DNA of 64,000 nucleotides, from positions 64,001 through 128,000 of the forward strand of contig CAXTYC010000002.1 of assembly GCA_964248365.1 (NCBI GenBank), given 5' to 3'. Positions 51,302 to 63,276 of the stretch are shown in pieces. The notes below the pieces were generated by a model. The model had not been told where the DNA came from and ran no database searches. It worked only from the letters and a program-made list of their open reading frames with translations. Position 1 is the first letter of the stretch. Every line of letters starts with the position of its first letter. The stretch is from an uncultured Chroococcidiopsis sp. GTDB lineage: Bacteria; Cyanobacteriota; Cyanobacteriia; Cyanobacteriales; Chroococcidiopsidaceae. Made by a program: the position numbers and the translations under genes.

Positions 51302-52226
51302 AAATTCAGCCCCCCCAAGTCATACGGATGAACTTCAGCCGACTTCTAAGCAAACTACAACCACAAGCCTATCTTTAGGTTTAAGCATACAGCCAAAAGA
51401 ATTGCTTTGGAGTGGGATCATTTGGGCTGTAGCGGCAATAGTTACAGCTGGGCTGCTATGGCTGTTGAGCGATGTTTTCTGGCATGGCATTGGTCAGATA
51501 TCTTGGGAGTTTCTCACTACGCCCCCAAGCAATGCAGGTCGAGATGGTGGTATTGCGCCAATTATAGTTTCGACAGGTCTGATTGTAGGAGTTTGTATGG
51601 CAGTCTCAATTCCTTTAGGAGTGGGAACTGCCCTGATGCTGGCTGAGTTTTCCTCCTCTTCAAGTGGATTAGGGCGGTTGGTGCGCTTGAGCTTGGATAT
51701 TTTAGCAGGTGTGCCTTCGATTGTCTTTGGTCTTTTTGGTAACGCATTCTTTTGTAAAACGTTGGGGATGGGTTTTTCTATCCTCTCTGGTGGGTTGACG
51801 TTGGCGTGTATGGTGTTACCAATTTTGATTCGGTCAACGCAGTCAGGGTTTCAAGCTGTACCGGACGACTATCGACATGGGGCGGCGGCATTAGGAATTT
51901 CACGTACAGCAACTTTGTGGGAGCTACTGCTGCCAGCTGCCATGCCTGGAGTGGTGGTAGGGTTGCTGTTAGGTTTGGGACGAGCGATCGCAGAGACAGC
52001 AGCCCTAATTTTTACCAGCGGTTACGTAGACCGAATGCCCCAGTCACTTTTGGATTCGGGGCGATCGCTTTCCGTCCATATTTACGACCTTGCCATGAAT
52101 GTTTCTGGTGGTGAGGCACACGCTTACGCCTCTGCCCTTGTATTGGTAGGTTTTTTGGTGCTAATCAACGGCACGACATCATGGCTAGCAGAGCGTTTCC
52201 GGCAATCCAAAATTTTCGTGCTATGA
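51294..52226 (+). CDS. pstA: Phosphate ABC transporter permease
   Basis: LAGVPSIVFGLFG and GRAIAETAALIFT. Overlaps the pstC stop. Confidence 0.92.
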   Translation: MTKNSAPPSHTDELQPTSKQTTTTSLSLGLSIQPKELLWSGIIWAVAAIVTAGLLWLLSDVFWHGIGQISWEFLTTPPSNAGRDGGIAPIIVSTGLIVGVCMAVSIPLGVGTALMLAEFSSSSSGLGRLVRLSLDILAGVPSIVFGLFGNAFFCKTLGMGFSILSGGLTLACMVLPILIRSTQSGFQAVPDDYRHGAAALGISRTATLWELLLPAAMPGVVVGLLLGLGRAIAETAALIFTSGYVDRMPQSLLDSGRSLSVHIYDLAMNVSGGEAHAYASALVLVGFLVLINGTTSWLAERFRQSKIFVL

Positions 52227-53029
52227 CAAAGCCCATAATTCAACCTTACTCAAACGTACTGACGAGTAATCCACCACCGATTCAAACCCTGCGCTTAAGC
52301 CTGAATTACCGAAATAAATCTGCGTTTAAAGATGTGTCCCTCTCAATTCAACCTGGAGGCATCACAGCGCTAATCGGTCCTTCAGGCTGTGGCAAAACCA
52401 GCTTCCTGACTTGTCTGAACCGCCTAGTCGAGCTAACGCCAAACTCTAAGGTATCAGGGCGTATTCTATTAGGCGATCGCGACGTGCAAGCACTCGATGT
52501 GATTTCACTGCGTCGTCGAGTGGGAATGCTGTTTCAAAAACCCAACCCGTTCCCGCTGTCGATTATGAGAAATATCGAATTTCCCCTACGAGAACACGGG
52601 GTAAAGAGTCGGGACGAAATCGATTCCATTGTCGAAGATGTCTTGCGAGATGTAGGACTGTGGGATGAGGTGAAGGACAGGCTAAAAGCTCCTGCTTTTT
52701 CACTCTCTGGCGGTCAACAACAACGTCTATGCCTTGCTCGTGCGATCGCACTCAAACCGGAGGTTCTGCTAATGGATGAGCCTTGCAGCGCTCTCGATCC
52801 GATTTCCAGTGAAGTGGTAGAAGATTTGATCGCCAGTCTGCGTGGCAGATATACGCTGCTCGTTGTCACCCATAACCTGGCGCAGGCTAAGCGGATTGCT
52901 GATGATGTAGCACTATTTTGGGTAGCTGATGGGGCTGGACAATTAATTGAGTCTGGAACAGTAGCCCAGATTTTTGAATCCCCACAACACGCCCTAACTG
53001 CTGCTTATGTCAATGGCAGGAGGGGTTAA
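52223..53029 (+). CDS. pstB: Phosphate ABC transporter ATP-binding protein
   Basis: GPSGCGKT, FQKPNPFP, LSGGQQQRLC, MDEPCSALDP and VTHN. ATGA overlap with pstA. Confidence 0.95.
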   Translation: MTKPIIQPYSNVLTSNPPPIQTLRLSLNYRNKSAFKDVSLSIQPGGITALIGPSGCGKTSFLTCLNRLVELTPNSKVSGRILLGDRDVQALDVISLRRRVGMLFQKPNPFPLSIMRNIEFPLREHGVKSRDEIDSIVEDVLRDVGLWDEVKDRLKAPAFSLSGGQQQRLCLARAIALKPEVLLMDEPCSALDPISSEVVEDLIASLRGRYTLLVVTHNLAQAKRIADDVALFWVADGAGQLIESGTVAQIFESPQHALTAAYVNGRRG

Positions 53030-53095
53030 TTGTGATGCTATCGTTATTGAAGATGGCAGTGTAATTGCTAGTGAGGATTGATTCTAGCGTAACTC

Positions 53096-53272
53096 AGATC
53101 TTGCACCATTGCCAACATCAACAGTTGACCTGACGCGCGAATTAATTCAAAGGCTAATAGCTCAAGCCTACTTTAGTAGGCTCAAATGTCTACTCTAATT
53201 CGTTTAAACGAGTTTAAGCTATTAGCCTGAAACTTGAGTTTCAGGCGGGTGTTGCCACAGGTGCAAAATATC
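53096..53272. mobile_element. MITE-like element, AGATCTTGCACC family, copy 3
   Basis: Ends AGATCTTGCACC ... GGTGCAAAATATC, with internal palindromes shared with the 5389 and 27203 copies. Confidence 0.6.
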
Positions 53273-53466
53273 AGGTAAGTGAATAACGGACAAGCTTCAG
53301 ACATTACTGAAGACGGTAGTAGAACGATCAATTTTGAGCAAATGAAATTCAAACAAATAGATCCATATAGATTACTAAAGCCAGGTAAAATTAGAGGAAC
53401 TCGGAAGTAAAAAAGCAAATACCAACCACCAACTACCAATCGCCACACCCCACACGCACACGCTGC

Positions 53467-54516
53467 ATGATTCACATTGATGGTTCCTACGGAGAAGGAG
53501 GCGGGCAAATCCTCCGTACTTCGCTTAGCTTAGCTGCCATCACCCGACAACCGTTACGCATTGGACGCATTCGGGCGGGAAGGCAGAAGCCAGGATTAGC
53601 AGCCCAACACCTGACAGCAGTACGGGCAGCTGCTGCCATCTGTCAAGCTAAAGTGCAGGGCGATGTTTTGGGTTCAATGACACTAGAGTTTATTCCCGCC
53701 CGTTCTGTACAAGCTGGGCAATACACTTTTGATGTCACACAAGCTCGTCTTGGTGGTTCAGCTGGTGCAATAACTTTGGTTTTGCAAACTATTCTCCTGC
53801 CTCTGGCACTAGCGGATGGTGCATCAAAGGTGATACTACGCGGAGGAACTCATGTTTCCTTTAGTCCAGCATTTACATATATTAAACAAGTCTATCTACC
53901 CATGTTGAAGCGGATGGGCTTACAGGCTGAGGCGAAATTAAACGCCTGGGGTTGGTATCCCCAAGGTGGGGGAGAGGTAGAACTGCAAACAAGCGGTGGC
54001 AGCAAATTAGCTGGTATTAACTTATTAGAACGCGGTGATTTGCTTCAGGTGCAGGGGTTAGCCTTCGTGACTCAACTACCTTCCCACATTCCGCAACGCA
54101 TGGCTAGCCGTGCCGAGAATTTGTTGCATGAGGCTGAGCTTAAAGCTTCTGTGCAACCGTTACGGGCGCGGGGAATTGCACCAGGAGCGGGTATATTTCT
54201 CACTGCTGAATATGAGTATAGTAGGGCTGGATTTGCTGCTGTAGGGCGTATAGGGTTGCCAGCCGAGAAAGTAGCCGAGATGGCTGGTGAGGAACTATTG
54301 CAGTTCCATCACACAGGCGCACCAGTAGATGAACACTTGGCGGATCAATTGCTGTTACCTGCTGCTTTGGCATCCCAAAAGAGTCAATATCGGGTGGCTG
54401 AGATTAGCAAGCATCTAACAACAAATGCTTGGGTAATTGAGCAATTTGGGCTGGCGCGGGTAACAGTAGATGAAGTTGAGCAGGTGGTTACAGTAGCACC
54501 TGTAAATGGTGAATAA
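53467..54516 (+). CDS. rtcA: RNA 3'-terminal phosphate cyclase
   Basis: IDGSYGEGGGQILR, PGLAAQHL, GWYPQGGG, DEHLADQ and SKHLTTN (catalytic His). Confidence 0.96.
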   Translation: MIHIDGSYGEGGGQILRTSLSLAAITRQPLRIGRIRAGRQKPGLAAQHLTAVRAAAAICQAKVQGDVLGSMTLEFIPARSVQAGQYTFDVTQARLGGSAGAITLVLQTILLPLALADGASKVILRGGTHVSFSPAFTYIKQVYLPMLKRMGLQAEAKLNAWGWYPQGGGEVELQTSGGSKLAGINLLERGDLLQVQGLAFVTQLPSHIPQRMASRAENLLHEAELKASVQPLRARGIAPGAGIFLTAEYEYSRAGFAAVGRIGLPAEKVAEMAGEELLQFHHTGAPVDEHLADQLLLPAALASQKSQYRVAEISKHLTTNAWVIEQFGLARVTVDEVEQVVTVAPVNGE

Positions 54517-54763
54517 TATCGAAGAGCCATCGCTTATCAACAATCCAGCTTAAGCGATAGCTGAGTTACTGTATTGAGATCCCAATGTATGCCATCGGGA
54601 GAATAAGCAATTTTTTCTAATTCACTCAAAATATCTGGTTACGAGGAGTTGTACTATACATCTGAAAACTCATAAGTATGATAAATTTTGTGTGGAGTAG
54701 GCATACTTCCTGCATTTGCTTATCTTAAGTACAATTCTTATTAAGTTCACTTACTTGTTTTGC

Positions 54764-55129
54764 CTAGTCGGTTTCAATCAAAACTGTTACAGCAGCAACA
54801 GCTACCAGCATTTCATCATTTTTATCATTCAGGGATGCAATAGCGCGTCCCTGCACAATCATACCACCAGACTCAACGGTAAGAGTTTTACGACCAAAAG
54901 GTAAAACAGCCAATACCTCGGCTTCTCGTACTTGCTCCCGATAGGGTACTGCAACTTGAACTTCGACAATCATATCATCTGGATTGCTCAAACCAGCTAC
55001 TTCCCAGACACCAGGTAAAGCATTGTGAGCGATCGCATTACGTACAGCCCTTGCAGCTGCGACAGTTGGTTCTTGTCCATGCTGATCCACTCCCATACCC
55101 ATTTCTATAATCAAGCGTTTACGAGCCAT
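54764..55129 (-). CDS. Lin0512-family protein
   Basis: IEMGMGVDQHGQEPTVAAARAVRNAI, LPFG and AVAAVTV. Confidence 0.85.
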   Translation of the reverse strand: MARKRLIIEMGMGVDQHGQEPTVAAARAVRNAIAHNALPGVWEVAGLSNPDDMIVEVQVAVPYREQVREAEVLAVLPFGRKTLTVESGGMIVQGRAIASLNDKNDEMLVAVAAVTVLIETD

Positions 55130-55187
55130 AGTCACCCTTTGGTTTTCTATTAATCATAGGACAAGCAAAAGTGGTAGTTGGTAATTG

Positions 55188-55405
55188 GTAGGGGCGCACT
55201 TTAAACGAGTTATTTGTTCTGTTGAAAAGTTGGGGGAGAGGGGGAAACACAGTCTCTGTCTTGACTCGCTTGGGGGGGGCATGGGGTTTTCTCTGGGGAT
55301 GGGGGGCAGGCGGGGAGACCCCTTGGTAAAAACCCCCCAACTTTTTGCGCCCCTCACCCCCGCTTTCCGCTTGTTCACAAGTATGTCTGATAAATCCGCG
55401 CGTAC
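55188..55405. mobile_element. REP-like element interrupted by a ~150-bp G-rich mini-element
   Basis: The flanks match 45203-45266. The insert TGTTGAAAAGT...GGCGGGGAGACCCCTTG.TAAAAACCC...CTTTCCGC has a shorter relative at 56058-56116. Confidence 0.65.
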
Positions 55406-55458
55406 GGTAATTGATAATTGATAATTGATAATTGATAACTGTTAATTGATAATTGATA

Positions 55459-55953
55459 ATGGTACGTCAACGCATTGAACCACAACCTGGACAAGAGTCA
55501 GTTTGGGACTATCCTCGTCCACCTCGACTGGAGGATACAAACAAGCATATTCAGGTAATCTTTAATCAGGTAGCGATCGCAGATACTCACAACGCCAAGC
55601 GGGTACTAGAAACCAGCCATCCACCCGTGTACTATATCCCCCCGAACGATATCAAAATGGAATATCTAATCAAAACTCCCCCATCTAGTTTTTGCGAGTG
55701 GAAGGGTCATGCTGGGTATTATACAATTGCTGTTGGGGACAAGCGAGTAGAAAATGCTGCCTGGTTTTACCCCGAACCCACACCAGCTTTTGCAACCATC
55801 AAAGACTATATAGCTTTTTACCCCCATCTGATGGATGCTTGCTACGTGAATGGGGAAAAAGTGCAGCCACAACCAGGTAATTTTTATGGCGGCTGGATTA
55901 CCAGTGATATTGTAGGACCATTCAAAGGTAGTCCTGGTACTTGGGGATGGTAA
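55459..55953 (+). CDS. DUF427 domain protein
   Basis: ESVWDYPRPP, LETSHPPVYY, CEWKG and FYGGWIT...GPFKG. Confidence 0.9.
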   Translation: MVRQRIEPQPGQESVWDYPRPPRLEDTNKHIQVIFNQVAIADTHNAKRVLETSHPPVYYIPPNDIKMEYLIKTPPSSFCEWKGHAGYYTIAVGDKRVENAAWFYPEPTPAFATIKDYIAFYPHLMDACYVNGEKVQPQPGNFYGGWITSDIVGPFKGSPGTWGW

Positions 55954-56323
55954 ATTTCAATTATCAATTATCAATGAATAATTGGCAATTGATAATTAGA
56001 CCTCAAGACTCGTCTCTTTTGTGTGGAAGGAGAAAAGGTTAAAGGTAAAAGGGTGTCTTGAAAAGTCAAGGCGGGAGGCGGGGAGACCCCTTGCTAAAAA
56101 CCCGTCCACTTTCCGCAAAAGGAAAATTTAATCCCTTTTACCGCAATCCCTCCCAATTCATCCAATGTGGCAAGAAGTCCAATTTATGGCGGTGGACTGT
56201 TTTGAAATTCTCTTTTTGCCCTGTCTCCCACTTACTATAGTCCTGAATCAGCCCAAGGGGTGAGTTAGCTAAGGTAGTGTTTTGTTATTTCATAAAAGTA
56301 AAGAACAACGATTCAAAAGTATT

Positions 56324-56950
56324 GTGATAGATAAAACAATAGACAAAACATCTGATAACCAATATCCAGTTGAAAAGCTACTGCGACAGCGCTGGAGTCC
56401 GCTAGCTTTTTCAGAGCGATTGGTTGAGCCAGAAAAATTGTGTAGTGTTTTAGAAGCAGCACGATGGGCAGCTTCTTCTTACAACGAGCAACCTTGGAGC
56501 TTTATCGTTGCCACCAAAGACGATCCGGCTGAATTTAATCGTTTATTGGGCTGCCTAGCACAAGGGAATCAAGAATGGGCGCAGAATGCTCCCGTCTTGA
56601 TGCTTTCTGTAGCAAAGCTGTACTTTGAGCGGAACGGCGTGGAGAACCGTCATGCTTTCCACGATGTTGGAGCAGCCGCCGCACAATTGGCAATGCAAGC
56701 AACGGCATATGGGTTATTCATCCACCAAATGGCAGGATTTGACGTACCATTAGCGAAAGAAGTTTACAACATTCCCGAAGGCTATGAGCCAGTTGCTGCG
56801 CTCGCGCTGGGTTATCTAGGAGATCCGCAAACCCTATCACAAAGGTTGCAGCAACGAGAGCTAGCCCCACGAGCGCGTAAGCCTTTAGCAGAGTTTGTCT
56901 TTTCTGGTAACTGGAACTCCTCTGCGAAAGTAGTTACCAGCCAAGATTAA
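56324..56950 (+). CDS. Nitroreductase-family protein
   Basis: RWSPLAF, AARWAASSYNEQPW and HQMAGFD. Start uncertain (GTG at 56324). Confidence 0.9.
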   Translation: MIDKTIDKTSDNQYPVEKLLRQRWSPLAFSERLVEPEKLCSVLEAARWAASSYNEQPWSFIVATKDDPAEFNRLLGCLAQGNQEWAQNAPVLMLSVAKLYFERNGVENRHAFHDVGAAAAQLAMQATAYGLFIHQMAGFDVPLAKEVYNIPEGYEPVAALALGYLGDPQTLSQRLQQRELAPRARKPLAEFVFSGNWNSSAKVVTSQD

Positions 56951-57346
56951 GACATTCAAATAGAACGCATTGCAGATTCAGCACACAGGGCAGCGATCGT
57001 TGCCAAGCGTTCCGCCTTCGGTATCGCTATTTCTCAGGAAAAATTGTAATGTCGGATACAATCACTACTTTGAAAGTAAAGTACAAAATCTGTCTGAGGG
57101 CAAAGACTGAAATAGGAAGGAAACCATAGACTAGAGGGGTTTGCAATCATCGCATTTAATCGGGAAATGTTGATGTTTACACGATTTACCCCAACAGCAG
57201 ATGATTGGCGTTAATTACTCCTCTAGAACCATAACAGTTTTATTGGTGATTCGTTTTTAGCGATCGCCAGCTTGAAGGCGATGGTCGCAAGCGCGAACAG
57301 AGGTTGGGCATCGCTTTTTTATTCGGAATGCAAGTATGGACAGCTT

Positions 57347-58342
57347 ATGCGGGCAGTTGTTATTGAAGAGTATGGTAGTCCAGAAGTCTTGCAATTGCAA
57401 GAGCTTCCCAATCTAGAGCCGAGTCGCCAAGAAGTGCGAGTGAAAGTACGCGCCTCAGCTCTCAACAGAGCAGATATCGAACAACGCAAAGGCAATTATC
57501 CGCCACCAATTCCATCCAAATACGAAATTCCTGGCTTGGAATTTGCTGGAGTAGTAGATAAGTTGGGCGAAGGGGTAAGTAATTGGCGTGAAGGCGATCG
57601 CGTATTTGGACTGCTAGTAGCAGGTGGATACGCTGAGCAAGTTCTTGTTAACGACCGTATGCTGATGCCCATTCCTGCTAATCTCTCTTTTGAGCAAGCA
57701 GCAGCAATTCCAGAAGTATTTTTCACCGCCTACGATGCCTTAATTGATAAGGCAAACTTTCAAGCAGGCGATTCGGTCTTGATTCATGCTGGTGCAAGCG
57801 GAGTCGGAACGGCAGCGATCCAGCTAGCGCGTGTCATGGGAGCCAGTACAATTTTCACAACCAGCCGCACTCCTGGGAAACTAGAAAAATGCCTCGCTCT
57901 GGGTGCAAATCGAGCGATTAATACCGATCATGAAGAATTCGATCGCGTCGTACTTGATGCAACGGCATCGAGGGGAGTTGATATTATTCTCGACTTTATT
58001 GGGGCAGATTACCTAGAGAAAAACTTGAATGCAGCAGCAATGTCAGGATGCATCGTACAAATTGCAACGCTAAGTGGTGCTAGTTGCGAAATTAACTTGC
58101 AACTGGTTATGAGTAAGCGGCTGAGGTTGCAGGGAACAACCTTACGTAGCCGTGCGATCGAGCAGAAAATGACGCTGACGCAAAAGTTTGCTAAGGCTAT
58201 TTTACCTTTGTTTGCAGATGGCAGACTCAAACCGTTAATCGATCGCAGCTTCCAATTGCAAGAAATTGTAGAAGCGCATCGCTACATGGAAAACAACAGT
58301 AACTTTGGCAAGATTGTCCTCACCATTGCTTCAAAGGAGTAA
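57347..58342 (+). CDS. NAD(P)H-quinone oxidoreductase, PIG3/zeta-crystallin family
   Basis: [38 protein letters not shown] and GKIVL. Confidence 0.92.
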   Translation: MRAVVIEEYGSPEVLQLQELPNLEPSRQEVRVKVRASALNRADIEQRKGNYPPPIPSKYEIPGLEFAGVVDKLGEGVSNWREGDRVFGLLVAGGYAEQVLVNDRMLMPIPANLSFEQAAAIPEVFFTAYDALIDKANFQAGDSVLIHAGASGVGTAAIQLARVMGASTIFTTSRTPGKLEKCLALGANRAINTDHEEFDRVVLDATASRGVDIILDFIGADYLEKNLNAAAMSGCIVQIATLSGASCEINLQLVMSKRLRLQGTTLRSRAIEQKMTLTQKFAKAILPLFADGRLKPLIDRSFQLQEIVEAHRYMENNSNFGKIVLTIASKE

Positions 58343-58346
58343 TTTC

Positions 58347-59333
<987 letters not shown>

Positions 59334-59377
59334 AGCCAGGAAGACGTGCATAGGAAAAGTATCAAACCAGATGAGAA

Positions 59378-59622
59378 ATGTCGCAAGAACAAGACAACAT
59401 AGCAGTTGTTCGACGGTTTTATGAGGAGGTTTTCAATCAAGGGAAGAAGTAATAGATGAAATTATCTCTCCCGACTATGTTGATTACAATCACGAACCGC
59501 CAGGAAAAGGACCAGAAGGCGCGAAGCAAGACTTTCGCGGTGCAACATCTGTGTTTAGCAATACGCATTATACGATTGACCAGCGGCGTTGCCACAGGCG
59601 ATCGCGTTGTTGCCCGTTGGAC
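59378..59622 (+). pseudogene. SnoaL-like ester/polyketide cyclase pseudogene (not in the ORF track as one frame)
   Basis: Reads MSQEQDNIAVVRRFYEEVFNQGK / EVIDEIISPDYVDYNHEPPGKGPEGAKQ...FSNTHYTIDQ / VATGDRVVARWT, with two frameshifts and a truncation. Confidence 0.75.
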
Positions 59623-59745
59623 AACGACACCTCCAAGATCTTGGGCGCGTCGCTGGTGGGCTATGAAGCCGCACAAATCGTCCATGTATTTCTCGATCTG
59701 ATAGAAGCAGGAGCGACGTGGCAGCTACTAGAGCAATCGGTTTGA
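59617..59745 (+). pseudogene. C-terminal fragment of a pyridine-nucleotide disulfide oxidoreductase (dimerisation domain)
   Basis: DNDTSKILGASLVGYEAAQIVHVFLDLIEAGATWQLLEQSV. Confidence 0.7.
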
Positions 59746-59759
59746 ATGGAGAAATAAAT

Positions 59760-60719
59760 ATGAAATATCGACAGCTTGGCAATAGCGATCTCAATGTGTC
59801 TGAAATCAGTTTAGGATCTTGGTTGACTTATGGAGGCGGAGTCGAGCGGCAAAAAGCAGAAGCTTGCATTCACAAAGCCTTTGATGTCGGCATTAATTTT
59901 ATCGACACGGCGAACGTGTATGGACGTGGTGCGGCTGAATCGCTGTTGGGTGAAGTTTTGCAAGGAATTGATCGCTCGTCTTACATTTTGGCGACCAAAG
60001 TTTACTTTCTGATGTCGGACACTGACCGAGGATTATCCGCTGCCCAAATTTATAAACAAATCGATGCCTCGTTACAGCGACTTCTTGGATTATGTCGATC
60101 TTTATCAATGCCATCGCTATGACGTGAATACCCCAATAGAAGAAACGATGACAGCGTTGACGGATATAGTGCGGCAAGGGAAAGCTCGTTACATCGGCTT
60201 TAGCCAGTGGAGTCCAAACCAGATTCAAGCGGCATTGAATCTGGGTAATGTAGAGCGCTTCCTATCTAGCCAACCGCAATACTCGATGTTATGGCGTAAA
60301 CCCGAAGCCCATGTGTTTCCTTTGTGTGCGGCAAATGGCATCACTCAGATTGTTTGGTCGCCACTAGCGCAAGGTGTGTTAACTGGAAAATACAAACTAC
60401 AAGAAGCACCACCATCTGATTCCCGTGCGGCAAACGAGCAAATGAATGCTTATATGGGTGAGGATCTCTCGTGCGATCGCATCCTGAGTGCTATCCAAAA
60501 CCTCAAGCTGATCGCGCAGCAATTAAACCTCAAGGGTGGCTCAACTGGCGTGCTTCATGGGTATTGCGGGATGCGCGGGTGTCTTCTGCTATCATTGGTG
60601 CAACTCGTCCCGAACAAGTAGAGGATAATGCAGCGGCATCAGGTGTAAGCTTGAGCAGCGATGTACTGCAAGAAATTGATAACATACTTACGCCTGTTCT
60701 GCCTTACGCAACAGCATAA
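59760..60719 (+). pseudogene. Aldo/keto reductase (Kv-beta-like) with two frameshifts
   Basis: Three consecutive frames: MKYRQLG..ISLGSWLTYG..DTANVYG / DYVDLYQCHR..WSPLAQG / WVLRDARVSSAIIGATRPEQV. Confidence 0.85.
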
Positions 60720-60945
60720 TTATGCCGCGTTCGCCCACTCGTTTGTTGATCGTGGCAATGGGCGATCGCCCTCCTTTCAAGGGTCACACAATTACCTTAC
60801 ACGAACTCAATTATTGAGTCGCTCCTCTTTCCGCCCTGGCTGACTTTTTGCGGGTAGGATGCTTGCAGTCTAGTTTTTTACGTCTAATGTCTTGACTAAT
60901 TAAGATTGAGCTTTTTGTCAACTAAAATTTATTTACACAAAAAGC

Positions 60946-61227
60946 CTAAGCTCTCTTGCGATCAACTTTAACTCTTCTATTTGGATCTTGCTTTTTCACC
61001 CAAGATATAAACTTGTGCATTTGTGGTTCATTCTTGAGCCGTTCTATCGAGTTCAACTCGATCGCTAAGCGTGTATTATCAAATAAAGTATGAATTTGCT
61101 TATGGCAACCAGAGCAAATGTTAATCGTAGGTCCTGGTTCAACTTTTTTTCGTTTCGTTTTCTGTCTCGGTATTAGGTGATGGACAGTTAATTTATCCAT
61201 CTCTCTTTCACACAATTCGCACTGCAT
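60946..61227 (-). CDS. Small HNH endonuclease-like protein
   Basis: CELCER...TVHHLIPR...ICSGCHKQIH. Confidence 0.85.
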   Translation of the reverse strand: MQCELCEREMDKLTVHHLIPRQKTKRKKVEPGPTINICSGCHKQIHTLFDNTRLAIELNSIERLKNEPQMHKFISWVKKQDPNRRVKVDRKRA

Positions 61228-61603
61228 TATTCTTGTCTGTATTAGAACGGTTAATCAATTTTGTAAACCGTCGTCGCCACCAGTATTACAATCTAAGTCA
61301 AAATGTTTGAAAAATTCGTTCTTGACTTTCAATGCCCAAAAATGCTAATCTTTCAGTTAACTTGCACTATAATGGAAATCTGTGCTTGGTTATAAAGTGG
61401 ATAATATTACCATTATAAAGCTAACTCTAATTTACCACCTGGGGCAGTAAAAGTAAAGTAACCTCTAATTCTCCTGCTCAAAACAAGAGTGCTATTAGCC
61501 TAGTGCTGATAGCTTAAAAGCTATGTACAACTTACTTGCACAGGCGAGACTCGCCTCGGTTAGTCTAGAATGCGCTTGTTGGGTTTAAGATATCCAAAAA
61601 ACT

Positions 61604-62434
61604 ATGATGAGTCAATATCCTATCCCAGTAGTCGTCAACGGTGCTGCTGGCAAAATGGGTCGTGAGGTGGTCAAAGCTGTATCTGGTGCACCTGACATGA
61701 ACTTATTAGGTGCAATTGACCGCAACCAAGAACTCAACGGCAAAGATGTTGGGGAATTAGCGGGTTTGCCTGAACCTTTGGAAGTGCCAATTACCGATCA
61801 ATTAGAACCGATGCTGGCGTTGGCGGCTGGGGAAAGACAAGCTGGAGTAATGGTAGACTTTACTCATCCTGCTACAGTTTATGATAATATTCGAGCTGCG
61901 ATCGCCTACGGTGTACGACCAGTAGTAGGCACTACAGGCTTAAGTCCAGAACAAATTCAAGACTTAACCGAATTTTGTGAAAAAGCTAGCACTGGCTGCT
62001 TAATTATCCCCAACTTCTCGATTGGGATGGTGTTGCTACAACAAGCAGCCATTCAAGCTAGCCAATATTTTGACCATGTGGAAATTATCGAACTGCATCA
62101 TAATCAAAAAGCCGATGCTCCCAGTGGAACAGCGATTCAAACTGCTCAGATGTTGGCAGAAATGGGTAAAACTTTCAACCCTGCCATCGTAGAGGAAACT
62201 GAAAAATTACCCCACGCTAGGGGTAGTGTAGCCGAAGAAGGAATACGTATTCATAGTGTACGTCTACCTGGGCTGATTGCTCACCAAGAAGTAATTTTTG
62301 GCGCACCAGGTCAAATTTATACCCTACGTCATGATACAAGCGATCGCGCCTGTTATATGCCAGGAGTTTTACTCGCCATCCGCAAAGTCCTCCAACTCAA
62401 AACCCTGGTCTATGGTCTAGAAAAAATCATGTAA
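61604..62434 (+). CDS. dapB: 4-hydroxy-tetrahydrodipicolinate reductase
   Basis: GAAGKMG, VDFT, VGTTG, PNFSIG and [15 protein letters not shown]. Confidence 0.97.
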   Translation: MMSQYPIPVVVNGAAGKMGREVVKAVSGAPDMNLLGAIDRNQELNGKDVGELAGLPEPLEVPITDQLEPMLALAAGERQAGVMVDFTHPATVYDNIRAAIAYGVRPVVGTTGLSPEQIQDLTEFCEKASTGCLIIPNFSIGMVLLQQAAIQASQYFDHVEIIELHHNQKADAPSGTAIQTAQMLAEMGKTFNPAIVEETEKLPHARGSVAEEGIRIHSVRLPGLIAHQEVIFGAPGQIYTLRHDTSDRACYMPGVLLAIRKVLQLKTLVYGLEKIM

Positions 62435-62589
62435 GAATTCGGAATTCGCGCATTCGCGCCGTTGAAATTATCTTGTTCTCCCCTGATTCCCCCTTGCTCC
62501 CTAATCCCCACAACGCGAGTGAAGAGCTTCCCCCTCGGACACTCGGACACTCTCCTCATCTCCCCCTCACCCCTAGCCCCTAGTCCCTC

Positions 62590-63276
62590 ATGTTAGTTCC
62601 ACTCACACGCCAGACATTTGAACAAATCATTCCCCGAATCGCTAGTGGGGATCAATATCGGTATAGTTGGGGAAAATTCTCAGATTTTTTGCGACGGCTA
62701 TTAATTTCTGTCGTAGCCGTAATAGTAGCTTGGCTGATCATATTGATTCTGGGAGAAGGTTTTGGTGGTATAGTGCTGCCACTGGGAATAATTGGGGGTT
62801 TTTATTGGCTGTGGGGACCAGTGCTGTGGGCTAGTTTACGCAACGCCCAATACCGCAAATACAAGTACAGTGGTTTTTTTCGGGGACGGGTGTTGGATGT
62901 ATATATCACACAAGAGTTGATCGGGAAAGAGGAAACGGTTAACAATAAAGGTGAATTGGTAATTGTAGAAAACCGTGAGCGGCGACTCAATTTAGAAGTA
63001 GGGGATGAAAGCGGATTTGAAACTGCTTTACAAGTACCCTTACTTCGTACTCACCAAGCGATCGCACCAGGTCAAATTGCCGAGATGCTAGTATTATCCA
63101 ATCGCCCAGATTTGAGTAGTATTGCCCAGGTAAGTGATATTTATATCCCAAGCCAAAATCTTTGGGTAAGTGACTATCCGATCGTACAACGGAATGTATT
63201 TGTCGAAGTGGGCGATCGTCTCCGAGAAGAACGAGAACCACGTTCCCGCCGCCGCCCTCGAAAATATAGGGAGTAG
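62590..63276 (+). CDS. Conserved cyanobacterial 2-TM hypothetical protein
   Basis: MLVPLTRQTFEQIIP, two TM segments, ETVNNKGELVIVENRERR and WVSDYP. Confidence 0.75.
   Translation: MLVPLTRQTFEQIIPRIASGDQYRYSWGKFSDFLRRLLISVVAVIVAWLIILILGEGFGGIVLPLGIIGGFYWLWGPVLWASLRNAQYRKYKYSGFFRGRVLDVYITQELIGKEETVNNKGELVIVENRERRLNLEVGDESGFETALQVPLLRTHQAIAPGQIAEMLVLSNRPDLSSIAQVSDIYIPSQNLWVSDYPIVQRNVFVEVGDRLREEREPRSRRRPRKYRE

Noticed and set aside
53467..54516. rtcA as part of an RNA-repair or defence operon
   Set aside because: No rtcB, rtcR, TROVE or Y-RNA neighbour is visible. A stand-alone rtcA is unremarkable.
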